Part shown: one piece after another, positions 25,931 through 37,890 of the stretch
How positions within the stretch are numbered: position 1 is the first letter of the stretch
Layout of the letters: each line of letters begins with the position of its first letter
DNA from: Octopus sinensis
Lineage: Eukaryota
DNA: 64,000 nt
Direction of reading: 5' to 3'
Assembly (NCBI RefSeq): GCF_006345805.1
Contig: NC_043023.1
Span: 7,750,001-7,814,000 of the forward strand
Notes under the pieces: generated by a model
Told to the model about the DNA's origin: nothing
What the model saw: the letters and a program-made list of their open reading frames with translations, nothing else
Databases searched by the model: none
Position numbers and translations under genes: made by a program

Positions 25931-26734
25931 CTTTACTCTTTTTCTTTTACTCTTTTACTTGTTTCAGTCATTTGACTGCGGCCATGCTGGAGCACTCCCT
26001 TTAATCGAGCAAATCGACCCCAGGGCTTATTCTTTGTAAGTCTAGTACTTATCCTATCGGTCTCTTTTGCCGAACCGCTAAGTAACGGGGACGTAAACAC
26101 ACCAGCATCGATTGTCAAGCAATGCTAGGGGGACAAACACAGTCACACAAACACACACACACATACATATATATATACACTAGCAGTATCGCCCGGCGTT
26201 GCTCAGGTTTGTAAGGGAAATAACTATAAAGCATTTTTAGAGAGTTATAGCCAAAAAATAGCAAAGAAATGGAAAAAAATGATGGTAAATTTTTTTTTGA
26301 GATTTAAAAAAGGTAGAGTTGCGTCCCCTAGACAGTTTGTGGTTCGTATTCCTGATTCTCGACCTCATGTCGAATTTATCGATTTTTTTCAGAACTGGGG
26401 GAACTTTTCAAAATTTTCGCTGCGTTAGTTTTGAATTATGACATTGGGCTATGTGTGTGTCAAGTTTCATCAGAATCGGTTGAAAGCCGTGGTCAGGGTG
26501 AGGGTACAAGCAAACAGACACACAGAAACACGCACAGACAAACTGCCGTTTATATAGAGAGAGATATATACGACAGGCTTCTTTCAGTTTCCGTCTACCA
26601 AATCCACTCACAAGGCATTGGTCGGCCCGGGGCTATAGCAGAAGACACTTGCCCAAGATTCCACGCAGTGGGACTGAACCCGGAACCATGTGGTTGGTAG
26701 ACAAGCTACTTACCACACAGCCACTCCTGCGCCT
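25931..26734 (-). mobile_element. SINE-A interrupted by a Helitron
   Basis: The SINE halves flank the Helitron at 26180-26564, inside the SINE (TA)n tract. Confidence 0.88.
26180..26564 (-). mobile_element. Non-autonomous Helitron
   Basis: On the minus strand it reads A|TC...hairpin...CTAG|T, with no target-site duplication. Confidence 0.88.
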
Positions 26735-26844
26735 ATGCCAAACACATGACATTTTTGCCTTACGATATGGAACATTTCTTTCTCGGTTAATGTTTACATC
26801 TTGGAAACGAATATGAAAAAAAAAATGCACACAAAGCAACAGGA

Positions 26845-27430
26845 GGGTGGGGAGAGGACCTCGGAAAATTCACAAGATCCGAGCTTTTCCCTCATAACTT
26901 TTAAGAAAATGAGGATTTTTCAATGAAATTTTATAGAAATACCATTCAAAGGGCATACATTACGATTATAAAGAAATTTGTAGGGAAACTCTTTTCCAAG
27001 GGGGTGGGGAGAGGATTTCGGAAAATTCACAAAATTCGAGTTTTTCCCTCATAACTTTTAGGAAAATGGGGTTTTTTCAACGAAATTTTATATAAATACC
27101 TTTCAAATGGCATACATTACGATTATAAAGTAAATTGTGGGAAAAATGTTATATACTTATAAAGTAAATTGTGGGAGGGGACTTCGGAAAATTCACAAAA
27201 TCCGAGTTTTTCCCTCATAACTTTTAAGAAAATGGGGTTTTTTCAACGAAATTTTATATAAATACCTTTCAAATGGCATACATTACGATTATAAAGTAAA
27301 TTGTGGGAAAAATTTTATATACTTATAAAGTAAATTGTGGGAGAGGACTTCGGAAAATTCACAAAATCCGAGTTTTTCCCTCATAACTTTTAGGAAAATG
27401 GAGTTTTTTTTCAATGAAATTTTATATAAA
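26845..27430. repeat. ~4 tandem ~150-180-bp units
   Basis: CGGAAAATTCACAA...TTTTCCCTCATAACTTTTA...CATACATTACGATTATAAAG repeats. A fragment also lies at ~41125-41190. Confidence 0.8.
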
Positions 27431-27683
27431 TTCTAGTTGAATGGAGGTAATCGATTGGTTAAAATTGCCGAAATACTCGGATTTTCAGACGAAATATCTT
27501 ACAAACTATAGAATTTTCACGTAATGTAAATTTTGAACGGGGTATAGCTATGAAAAGAGCCCAGTAAAATGGGTAGTACCAATACAAAATGGGTGAGGAA
27601 GAAAAGTTGCCAACAGGTGGTTACACGAAATTGCACTCAATACTTTAAAGAGTGTCTTCTACTATAGCTTCGGGCTGACCGAA

Positions 27684-28265
27684 AAGGCGGCGAGCTTGGC
27701 AGAAACGTCAGCACGCTGGGTGAAATGCTTAGCGGTATTTCGTCTGCCGCTACGTTCTGAGTTCAAATTTCGCCGAGGTCGACTTTGCCTTTTATCCTTT
27801 CGGGGTCGATAAATTAAGTACCAGTTGCGCACTGTGGTCGATGTAATTGACTTGATCCGTTTGTCTGTCCTTGTTTGTCCTCTCTGTGTTTAGCCCCTTG
27901 TGGGTAGTAAAGAAATAGGTAATTCGTCTGCCGCTACGTTCTGAGTTCAAATTCCGCCGAGGTCGACTTTACCTTTCATCCTTTCGGGGGTCGATTAAAT
28001 AAGTACCAGTTACGCACTGGGGTCGATGTAATTGACTTGATCCGCTTGTCTGTCCTTGTTTGTCCTCTCTGTGTTAGCCCCTTGTGAGTAGTAAAGAAAT
28101 AGGTATTTTCCCCGTCGCTACATTCTGAGTTCAAATTCCGCCGAGGTCGACTTTGCCTTTCATCCTTTCGGGGTCGATTAAATAAGTACCAGTGAAATAC
28201 TGTGGTCGATGTAATCGACTTACCCCATCCCCGAATTTGCAAGCCTTGTACCAAGAATTTGAAAT
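27684..28265 (+). mobile_element. SINE-B tandem array (head plus 2 units)
   Basis: Same organisation as 25072-25665. Confidence 0.88.
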
Positions 28266-28278
28266 CAATATTATTATT

Positions 28279-28446
28279 AGCAGGAGTGGCTGTGTGGTAA
28301 GTAGCTTGCTTACCAACCATATGGTTCCGGGTTCAGTCCCACTGCGTGGCATCTTGGGCAAGTGTCTTCTGCTATAACCCCGGGCCGACCAATGCCTTGT
28401 GAGTGGATTTGGTAGACGGAAACTGAAGAGGCCTGTCGTATATATG

Positions 28447-28518
<72 letters not shown>

Positions 28519-28748
28519 ATATATATGTATATGTGTGTTTGGGTGTCTGTGTTTGTCCCCCAAGCATTGCTTGACAACCGATGCTGGTGTGTTTACGTCC
28601 CCGTAACTTAGCGGTTCGGCAAAAGAGACCGATAGAATAAATACTGGGCTTACAAAGAATAAGTCCCGGGATCGATTTGCTCGACTAAAGGCGGTGCTCC
28701 AGCATGGCCGCAGTCAAAATGACTGAAACAAGTAAAAGAGTAAAGAGT
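28279..28748 (+). mobile_element. SINE-A, near full length
   Basis: Runs from CAGGAGTGGCTGTGTGGT to AAAAGAGTAAAGAGT. Confidence 0.92.
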
Positions 28749-28759
28749 GTCTTCCTCTT

Positions 28760-28899
28760 TTCCCAGAAACATGACTAGACAGTTTCAAAATGAAAGTGAA
28801 ACAAACTTTCTCAGAAATTATTAGTGTTTATATGTGCACACACACACACAACAGTTACGCATATATCCGTTTCCTAGAACTGATTAACTTTCATTTTCC
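28760..28899. promoter_or_regulatory. Cluster of 3 GAS (TTC-N3-GAA) and 2 IRF-E/ISRE-like motifs
   Basis: GAS motifs: TTCCCAGAA 28760-68, TTCTCAGAA 28808-16, TTCCTAGAA 28871-79. IRF-type motifs: AATGAAAGTGAAAC 28789-802 and ACTTTCATTTTCC 28887-99 (GGAAAATGAAAGT on the minus strand). Confidence 0.6.
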
Positions 28900-29159
28900 A
28901 GTAACGCCTCACTTTAGCTTCTGACTACCGTCGTTGTTTCCACACACGAAGACATTCCTTCTTCACTTTGAACACGATTCAAACTAGACACAACACAACC
29001 AAATAACCAAAACAAATACAGTTTATTTTTCTTCTTCTTGTGTTTATTATCGTCAAAGTGAGTTCCACAACCGTCTTTTGGATTGCGACAGAGATCGAAA
29101 CCTAAATGTTGATACCACTCAAACTGCTGAATATTTCGTCCAGAGATTGAATTTAAAAA

Positions 29160-29510
29160 ATGTTGCTAAAACCATCTGAAATCCGTTATACACAACATAT
29201 GATTCGCGGCTCCTTCCAGATTCGTCACCGGGCTCCCTATCCATATATTGGTGATCTTGTAGATTCTATTGTGGCAGGTAGTACCAAGATCAGTAGTATT
29301 CCAAAGATAGTCGTCGTTTTACACGAAGGAAATTATTATTCTCTCGATAACAGGAGACTGTGGGTGTTTAAACAACTAGAAGAAAAAGGTTATTGCTCCG
29401 AAATAGATGTATATGTCTCGCATGAAAATTTAGTAGGAAATTCTAAGTTCTCTACTATAACAGAAGGGAAGACTATTGATGTCTGTGGATGCGTCCGGAG
29501 AGCGATTTGA
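29160..29510 (+). CDS. Intronless 116-aa ParB/Sulfiredoxin-like domain protein
   Basis: Non-repetitive ORF with an AAAAA-ATG context and normal composition. The motifs LKPSEIRYTQ, IPKIVVV and YYSLDNRRLWVFKQL resemble the ParB/Srx-fold small proteins recalled from bacteria and marine invertebrates. The family call is from memory of the motif, not from a search. Confidence 0.75.
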   Translation: MLLKPSEIRYTQHMIRGSFQIRHRAPYPYIGDLVDSIVAGSTKISSIPKIVVVLHEGNYYSLDNRRLWVFKQLEEKGYCSEIDVYVSHENLVGNSKFSTITEGKTIDVCGCVRRAI

Positions 29511-30051
29511 TAAGATCGATGACTGGCATTTGGAACAAGCTCACCTCAGTAATTTTTGGAAGTTATGTGATTAATGCAGCTGTTCTTGGGATCCTGTCAG
29601 AAGAAGAACCAAAATTTCTTATTAGTGTTTAAGATAAAAATGAAAAAAAAAAAACAGAAAAAAAGTATCTTTATCGTTTCTTTGGTGAAAATCAATGCTT
29701 TACTGATTGACTTCTCTTTAAATATAGAACAAAACCCTGCAATTTCTGTTTATTTTGATTTTATACATTTTCTACCAAATTTTCCATGGCAAGACGGGTG
29801 GAAGTCTTTCCTTTTTCCATGGCAAGACGGGTGGAAGTCTTTCCTTTTTCCGTTGTTTCCTCAACTTTTTTAAAATTCTATTTTCATTTAATTTTTATAT
29901 AATCTTTTGTGATTTCCCTGTATTAACTTCTGTGAAGAATTTGCTTTCAGTGTTGTTATCGACTTTAATTAGACTGGAAAAAAAAATACAGAAAAAATGT
30001 CAAAATCTTCAACCTTGGGGACTTTTTGTCCCGATCCTCCCCTTCACATAT

Positions 30052-30094
<43 letters not shown>

Positions 30095-30300
30095 CTCACA
30101 CATATATACATACGCTAACTACAAGTCTGTTGAATCATAAAAACGAACAAAGTAATTTTCAATAAAACTTCAGAATTTTCCGCTTGTCCCATTCCTCCCT
30201 CTCTCGTAAACACACGCGTATATTATTACTGCAAAGATATCAACAAAATTTCTCTCCTTTTTCTTAAATACCACTTTCAGATACAAAAAAAAAAGGGCAT

Positions 30301-31226
30301 AGTTTCGCATGTCGTAGCACAGATTTCCGTCGATTTCCGTAAAAAACTTTTATTTTTTTACATAAGTAATGAGAGCGAAAGAGACTAAGAGGAAGCGATT
30401 TTACGACGAGAAGGTTTCTCTTTGAAGTCGGCCTGTGTGTGTTTGATGGGGTGTGGGAGACAGACAGTATGTTGTGTAAGTGAAGTGCTTCTGTTAGTGT
30501 GTGTGAAGAGACAGACATACATATACACATACACCGAGTAAAAAATTACTATGAATCGGCCATACATACATACATACACACACACACACATACATAGATA
30601 CATACACACACACACATACATAGATACATAACATACACACACACATACTTACACACACACACATAGATACATACACACACACACATACATGCAGACATAC
30701 ATATACCACATACACCGAGTAAAAAATTACACTGAATCGACCATACATACATACACACATACATACATACACATACACACATACATAGATACATACATAC
30801 ACACACCACACATACATGCAGACATACATATACACATACACCGAGTAAAAAATTACGATGAATCGGCCATACATACATACATACCACACACATACTTACA
30901 CACACACACATACATAGATACATACACACACACACACATACATGCATACATACATATACACATACACCGAGTAAAAAATCAGTTATCTCTCTCTTTCACA
31001 CATTACTCTCTCTGTCTCTTCGCACACACTAACAGAAGCACTTCACTTACACAACATGCTGTCTGTCTCCCACACCCCATCAAACACACACAGGCCGATT
31101 TCAAAGAGAAACCTTCTCATCGTAAAATCGCTTCCTCTTAGTCTCTTTCGCTCTCATTACTTATGTAAAAAAATAAAAGTTTTTTTACGGAAATCGACGG
31201 AAATCTGTGCTACGACATGCGAAACT
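30301..31226. repeat. Long inverted repeat, ~215-bp arms (30301-30515 and 31011-31226), 4 mismatches
   Basis: The arms were compared by eye and differ by four transitions. The ~495-bp spacer holds tandem CACCGAGTAAAAAATTAC...(CATA)n units. Confidence 0.92.
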
Positions 31227-31810
31227 TCGCCAAAAAAAGAACACTCTCTCTCACAAGATAATGATAAAAAAGAAATCCAGACAATTTTTTAAAAAGTGAC
31301 ATTTTGTTCCCCTTGGAGTAAACAGACTGACCAGCTACAAAGAGATCAACAAAAAAGTTTTTTCTTCTTTCCCTCCCTTTTTTTCCTTTCCTTCTTTTTC
31401 TTTAACACTACCTTCAGATGCAAGCACACACACGCGCACACACACACGCACGCACACACACACGCGCTCTCTCTCACTTTCTCCCCATTCATCACCCTCT
31501 TGTACCATCTTATATCTCTCCCCACCACTACACACTCAATAACACTATAAAATGATCAAATCTTCTCCAAGAACTTTGTTCAATTTGAAAACCCCACTTG
31601 AATGGACGAAAGCGTTATTATATGTTATATGATGTATAAAAACATGTAATATACAAATAAATATCTATAAATATAAAACCATCCGAATTTCTGAGTACCT
31701 CATTTCTTCTAATATATAATACCTGTACATCATCTCAAAACCCAATATACTCACACATATATACACCCGCTAACTACAAGTCTATTGAATCATAAAAACG
31801 AACAAAATTA

Positions 31811-32197
31811 TCTCTCTCTATATAAACGGCAGTTTGTCTGTGCGTGTTTCTGTGTGTCTGTCAGGTTGTACCCTCACCCTGACCACGGCTTTCAACCGAT
31901 TCTGATGAAACTTGACACACACATAGCCCAATGTCATAATTCAAAACTAACGCAGCGAAAATTTTGAAAAGTTCCCCCAGTTCTGAAAAAAATCGATAAA
32001 TTCGATATGGGGTCGAGAATAAAAAAAAACAAACCACAGACTGTCTAGGGGACGCAACTCAACCTTTTTTTACTCTCAAAAAAAAATTTACCATAATTTT
32101 TTTTCCATTTTTTTGCTATTTTTTGGCTATAACTCTCTAAAAATGCTTTATAGTTATTTCCCTTACAAACCTGAGCAACGCCGGGCGATACTGCTAG
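31811..32197 (+). mobile_element. Non-autonomous Helitron (387 bp)
   Basis: A|TC...CCTGAGCAACGCCGGG...GCTAG|T. The empty paralogous site is at 30155/30156. Confidence 0.92.
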
Positions 32198-32483
32198 TTT
32201 TCAATAAAACTTCGTAATTTTCCGCTAATTTCTGTTTCATAGTTTGTTGGGATTTTTTCATTACTTCAAAAGATTACTTTCTGGCAATACTTTGAGCCTA
32301 CTGCTGTTTTTTAACACTCTTAGATATGCTTTCTTTTAATATATGTATTATTATTATTACTATATATTCCGTGTATATTAATTTGTTTCTTTCTCCCTAA
32401 ATTCTCTGTCTATCGATGTTTTTGAGACAACGTTTCCATGACACACACACACACACACACACACATAGATGTGTATATATATA

Positions 32484-32545
<62 letters not shown>

Positions 32546-32677
32546 GTATATATATTATATATATATACATTATATATATACGTATATATATATATATATA
32601 ATATATATATATATTATATATATACATTATATATATATATATACGTATATATATATACGTGTATATATATATATATA

Positions 32678-32720
<43 letters not shown>

Positions 32721-32721
32721 A

Positions 32722-32807
<86 letters not shown>

Positions 32808-32859
32808 GTGTGTGACCTCGTGAAGACTACCTGCAATTTTTTTTTTCCTCTGTCCTCCC

Positions 32860-33010
32860 GTCTCGGGATCTTTCTTTCTCCTATGTTTCCGACGAAGAGC
32901 TCCGCTCGAAACGTCATACCCTCCTTCTTCAATTTTCCTGAGCGCCTAATAATAATAATACTGTAATTGTTCCACGTGTTGTTGTTTTTTCTGTTTTCCC
33001 GTTTGGATTA
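32860..33010 (+). mobile_element. Penelope-like LTR fragment with a decayed hammerhead motif
   Basis: CCGACGA-A-GAGC-TCC-GCTC-GAAA-C-GTC at 32889-32915, embedded in (TA)n. Confidence 0.55.
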
Positions 33011-33046
33011 ACCTTATATATATAATATATATATATATGTATGGTG

Positions 33047-33084
<38 letters not shown>

Positions 33085-33093
33085 TATATAATA

Positions 33094-33141
<48 letters not shown>

Positions 33142-33289
33142 ATAATTAATGTGTATTATATATATATATCATATCATATACTCTTTACTCTCTTCTACTT
33201 GTTTCAGTTATATGGGTCTCTGCCGAACCGCTAAGTTTTGGGGACGTAAATACACCAACATCGGTTGTCACGCGATGTTGGGGGGGGGA

Positions 33290-33325
<36 letters not shown>

Positions 33326-33328
33326 ACC

Positions 33329-33359
<31 letters not shown>

Positions 33360-33555
33360 TACGACGGGCTTCTTTCAGTTTCCGTCTACCAAATCCACTC
33401 ACAAGGCTTTGGTCAGCCTGAGGCTATAGTAGAAGACACTTGCCCAAGGTGCCACGCAGTGGGACTGAACCCGGAACATTATAGTTCGTAAGCAAGCTAC
33501 TTACCACACAGCCACTCCTACATACATACATACATACATAACCTCTCTCTTTCAC

Positions 33556-33601
<46 letters not shown>

Positions 33602-34079
33602 CAGCACCATTGCTCTCTTTGTCTCTTCACACACACACTAACAAAACAAACTTCACATACACACCATACTTTCTGTCTCGCACACTCCATCAAACATACA
33701 CACACATCAATTCTTTCCCATCACGCCAATTTCAAAAGATAACTTCCTGGTTCTAGTTGCTCTGTCTCTCTCTCTCTCTCCCTCTCCCTCTCTGTTAAGC
33801 GAATCTGTAATTAAGATCGTTCCGCCATCCTCCCTGAATAGGAAGGAGCGAGCCTGTTTTCTCTCAGTAATTGCTGTGGCGAAAGAAGTAGTATGGAAGA
33901 CGAGAAGGAAAGGAATTGCAACAGGCATGTTTATCTCCAGTCTCGAGCTAATCGACTTTTTCGTTTTCCACATGAAACGGAAAATAAGGCTGGAGTAGAA
34001 ATGCCTGTCGCAAAGTGTGTTTCGTAAAAGTTGGAAGTCTATAGCAAGTATGTTGCGAGTGAAAGAACCTGTTTAAACA

Positions 34080-34971
34080 GGAGCTGGCAGAATCGTTAGC
34101 ACGCCGGGCGAAATGCGTAGCCGTATTTCGTCTGCCGCTACGTTCTGGGTTCAAATTCCGCCGAGGTCGACTTTGCCTTTCATCCTTTCAGGGTCGATAA
34201 ATTAAGTACCAGTTACGCACTGGGGTCGATGTAATCGACTTAATCCCTTTGTCTGTCCTTGTTTGTCCTCTCTGTGTTTAGCCCCTTGTGGGTAGTAAAG
34301 AAATAGCTATGTTCTGGGTTCAATTTCCGCCGAGGTCAACTTTGCCTTTCATTCTTTCAGGGTCGATAAATTAAGTACCAGTTACGCACTGGGGTCGATG
34401 TAATCGACTTAATCCCTTTGTCTGTCGTTGTTTGTCCTCTCTGTGTTTAGCCCCTTGTGGGTAGTAAAGAAATATCTACGTTCTGGGTTCAAATTCCGCC
34501 GAGGTCGACTTTGCTTTTCATCCTTTCAGGGTCGATAAATTAGTACCGTTACGCACTGGAGTCGATGTAATCGACTTACTTAATCCGTTTGTCTGTCTTT
34601 GTGTCACTCTCGTGTTTGGTCCCTTGTGGGTAGTAAAGAAATAGCTATGTTCTGGGTTCAATTTCCGCCGAGTCGACTTTGCCTTTCATTCTTTAGGGTC
34701 GATAATTAAGTACCAGTTACGACTGGGTCGATGTAATCGATAATCCCTTTGTCGTTGTTTGTCCTCTCTGTGTTTAGCCCCTTGTGGGTAGTAAAGAAAT
34801 AGCTATGTTCTGGGTTCAAATTCCGCCGAGATCGACTTTGCCTTTCATCCTTTCGGGGTCGATAAATTAAGTACCAGTTACGCACTGGGGTCGATGTAAT
34901 CGACTTAATCCGTTTGTCTGTCCTTGTTTGTCCCCTCTGTGTTTAGCCCTTTGTGGGTAGTAAAAGAAATA
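34080..34971 (+). mobile_element. SINE-B tandem array (head plus 4 ~170-bp units)
   Basis: The units restart at AGCTA(T/C)GTTCTGGGTTC. Confidence 0.88.
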
Positions 34972-35164
34972 AATATAAAAAAGGAGAAAGCAAAGTCTCC
35001 AGTGTGAGGATGTGGTTTGTGGGGTCAACCGCGGCCTCCGCTTAATTTTTTGTTAATCATCATTAATTTAATTGTATTATTTTAATTGTTGGTATTCATA
35101 CGTTTCGTCCCATTCGATCCCCTGACCCCAATGTTTGTTTTGTCTGTCCCCTCTTTTACTCAAC

Positions 35165-35572
35165 CTTTTTTTTTTACTTGTTTCAGTCATTTGACTGTGG
35201 CCATGCTGGACCACCGCCTTTAGTCGATCAAATCGACCCCAGGACTTATTCTTTGTAAGCCTAGTACTTATTTTATCGGTCTCTTTTTTGCCGAACCGCT
35301 AAGTTACGGGGACGTAAACACACCAGCATCGGTTGTCAAGCGATGTTGGGGCACAAACACAGACACACAAACACGCACCATACTACATATATTATATAAT
35401 ATATTATATATATATACATATATACGACGGGCTTCTTTCAGTTTCTGTCTACCAAATCCACTCACAAGGCTTTGGTCAGCCCAAGGCTATAGTAGAAGAC
35501 ACTTGCCTAAGGTGCCACGCAGTGGGACTGAACCCGGAACCATGCGGTTCGTAAGCAAGCTACTAACCACAC

Positions 35573-35658
<86 letters not shown>

Positions 35659-36147
35659 TTTACGCCGACTTCAAAATGTTTACCAACATTTGTAAAAAAA
35701 TTTTTTAATTTGACGGTAAACGACGATCTTTTTCAGAAACATAAACAAATAGGCGCAGGAGTGGCTGTGTGGTAAGTAGCTTGCTAACCAACCACATGGT
35801 TCCGGGTTCAGTCCCACTGCGTGGCACCTTGGGCAAGTATCTTCTGCTATAGCCCCGGGCCGACCAATGCCTTGTGAGTGGATTTGGTAGACGGAAACTG
35901 AAAGAAGCCTGTCGTATATATGTATATGTATTTATGTGTATATGTTTTGTGTGTCTGTTTGTCCCCCACCATCGCTTGACAACCGATGCTGGTGTGTTTA
36001 CGTCCCCGTCACTTAGCGGTTCGGCAAAAGGGACCGATAGAATAAGTACTGGGCTTACAAAGAATAAGTCCCGGGGTCGATTTGCTCGACTAAAGGCGGT
36101 GCTCCAGCATGGCCGCAGTCAAATGACTGAAACAAGAAAAAGAGTAA
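35165..36147. mobile_element. Two divergently oriented SINE-A copies (35165-35575 minus, 35752-36147 plus) around a (CT)n tract
   Basis: Both match the family A consensus. Confidence 0.9.
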
Positions 36148-36234
36148 ATGCATGTGGTTTATTTTGACATAAATGGTATCTTATATCGAATGCTTGCCGC
36201 CCGTCACGCTTTATATGTTGAACACTGGTAGTTG

Positions 36235-36276
<42 letters not shown>

Positions 36277-36544
36277 TGTGTACAGTGCTCAGGTGCACTA
36301 CAACTCATCTAAAGTGTATATATAATCAGGTGTAGTTTCGGCGGATTTCGGAAAGCGTGAGGGCCTTAAAGGATGCAGTGTCATGGCAGTCAACAACTGA
36401 CGCAGGCAGTTTATTCCATGCTTCAGTAACTCTGTGCTAAAAATTACAGCTATATAAGATGTACTTGTATGAAATAAAATTACCAGAGACATAACACGTT
36501 GTTTACAAATATTTTTTTCAACTCGAGGTACAAGGCCCGAAATG

Positions 36545-37374
36545 GATCTTTTCTGTTTGACCGGCAGTTTTTTAAAATAATTTCCACGTAACTAAACACT
36601 TTTAAACTTCGTATACTGGTAGAATGTGTTTATAAAACATCTTTTTCTCTTGGCTTTATTGAGAAAATTCTATAGTTTGTAAGATATTTATGGTTTTTTT
36701 TTTCAATTTCTGCAATTACAACCAATCACTGACGTCTATTGAGGTAAAAACCATCGATCTTTTCGGTTTGACCGGCAGTTTTTTAAAATAATTTCCACGT
36801 AACTAAACACTTTTAAACTTCGTACGTTGGTAGAATGTGTTTACAAAACATCTTTTTCTCTTGGCTTTATTGAGAAAATTCTATAGTTTGTAAGATATTT
36901 ATTGTTTTTTTTTCTTCAATTTCTGCAATTTCAACCAATCACTGACGTCTATTGAGGTAAAAACCATCGATCTTTTCGGTTTGACCGGCAGTTTTTTAAA
37001 ATAATTTCCACGTAACTAAACACTTTTAAACTTCGTATACTGGTAGAATGTGTTTATAAAACATCTTTTTCACTTTGCTTTATTGAGAAAATTCTATAGT
37101 TTGTAAGATATTTATTGTTTTTTTTTCTGCAATTTCAACCAATTATTGACGTCTATTGAGGTGAAAACATTCTGTGCCATATGAATATGTCCCTCATTTA
37201 AGAAATAGATAGGGTTTATTTACATTTCTAAATAAAAAAAAATAACCTTCTGCCACCCCTAACCCTAACCCTAAAACAGATTGAAATGCAATAGATCGAT
37301 ACTAGGGTCATAATTATGTGTGACAATTTCATATGACGCCGCTAGAAAAAACTGCCGTTCAAACCGAAAAGATC
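36545..37374. mobile_element. TTAGGG-bearing MITE family member with a triplicated ~200-bp 5' segment
   Basis: Terminal inverted repeats GATCTTTTC(G/T)GTTTGACCGGCAGTT / AACTGCCGTTCAAACCGAAAAGATC, with CCCTAACCCTAACCCTAA at ~37258-75. Confidence 0.8.
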
Positions 37375-37822
37375 CGATTAGATCGACCCTAGTATGCACT
37401 GGTATTTATTTATCGACCTCGGAAGGACGAAAGGCAAAGTCGACCTCGGCGAAGTGCTATTTTCAGAATATTCACAGCAGTTTATTTATAAAAACTTCGG
37501 TTAATAATCTTTTAATCTCTTTTACTTGTTTCAATCATGTGACTGCGGCCATGCTGGAGCACCGCCTTTAGTCGAGCAAATCGACTCCATGACTTATTCT
37601 TTGTAAGCCTAGTACTTATTCTATCGGTCCCTTTTGCCGAACAGCTAAGCTACAGGGGCGTAAACACACAAGCATCGGTTGTCAAGCGATGTTGGTTGAC
37701 AAACACAGATACAAATATATACGCACACACATGCATATATATATATATATATATGTAGGTCCCGGGTTGAGTCGGGGTTAACCACAGTAAATAAGGTACT
37801 CAATACATGGCAGAGTAAATTA

Positions 37823-37890
37823 ATTTATTTTATAGAAGGAGCTTCTACAGGATGAAACAGTTCTAGTCCTGTAGAAGCTCCTTCTATAAA

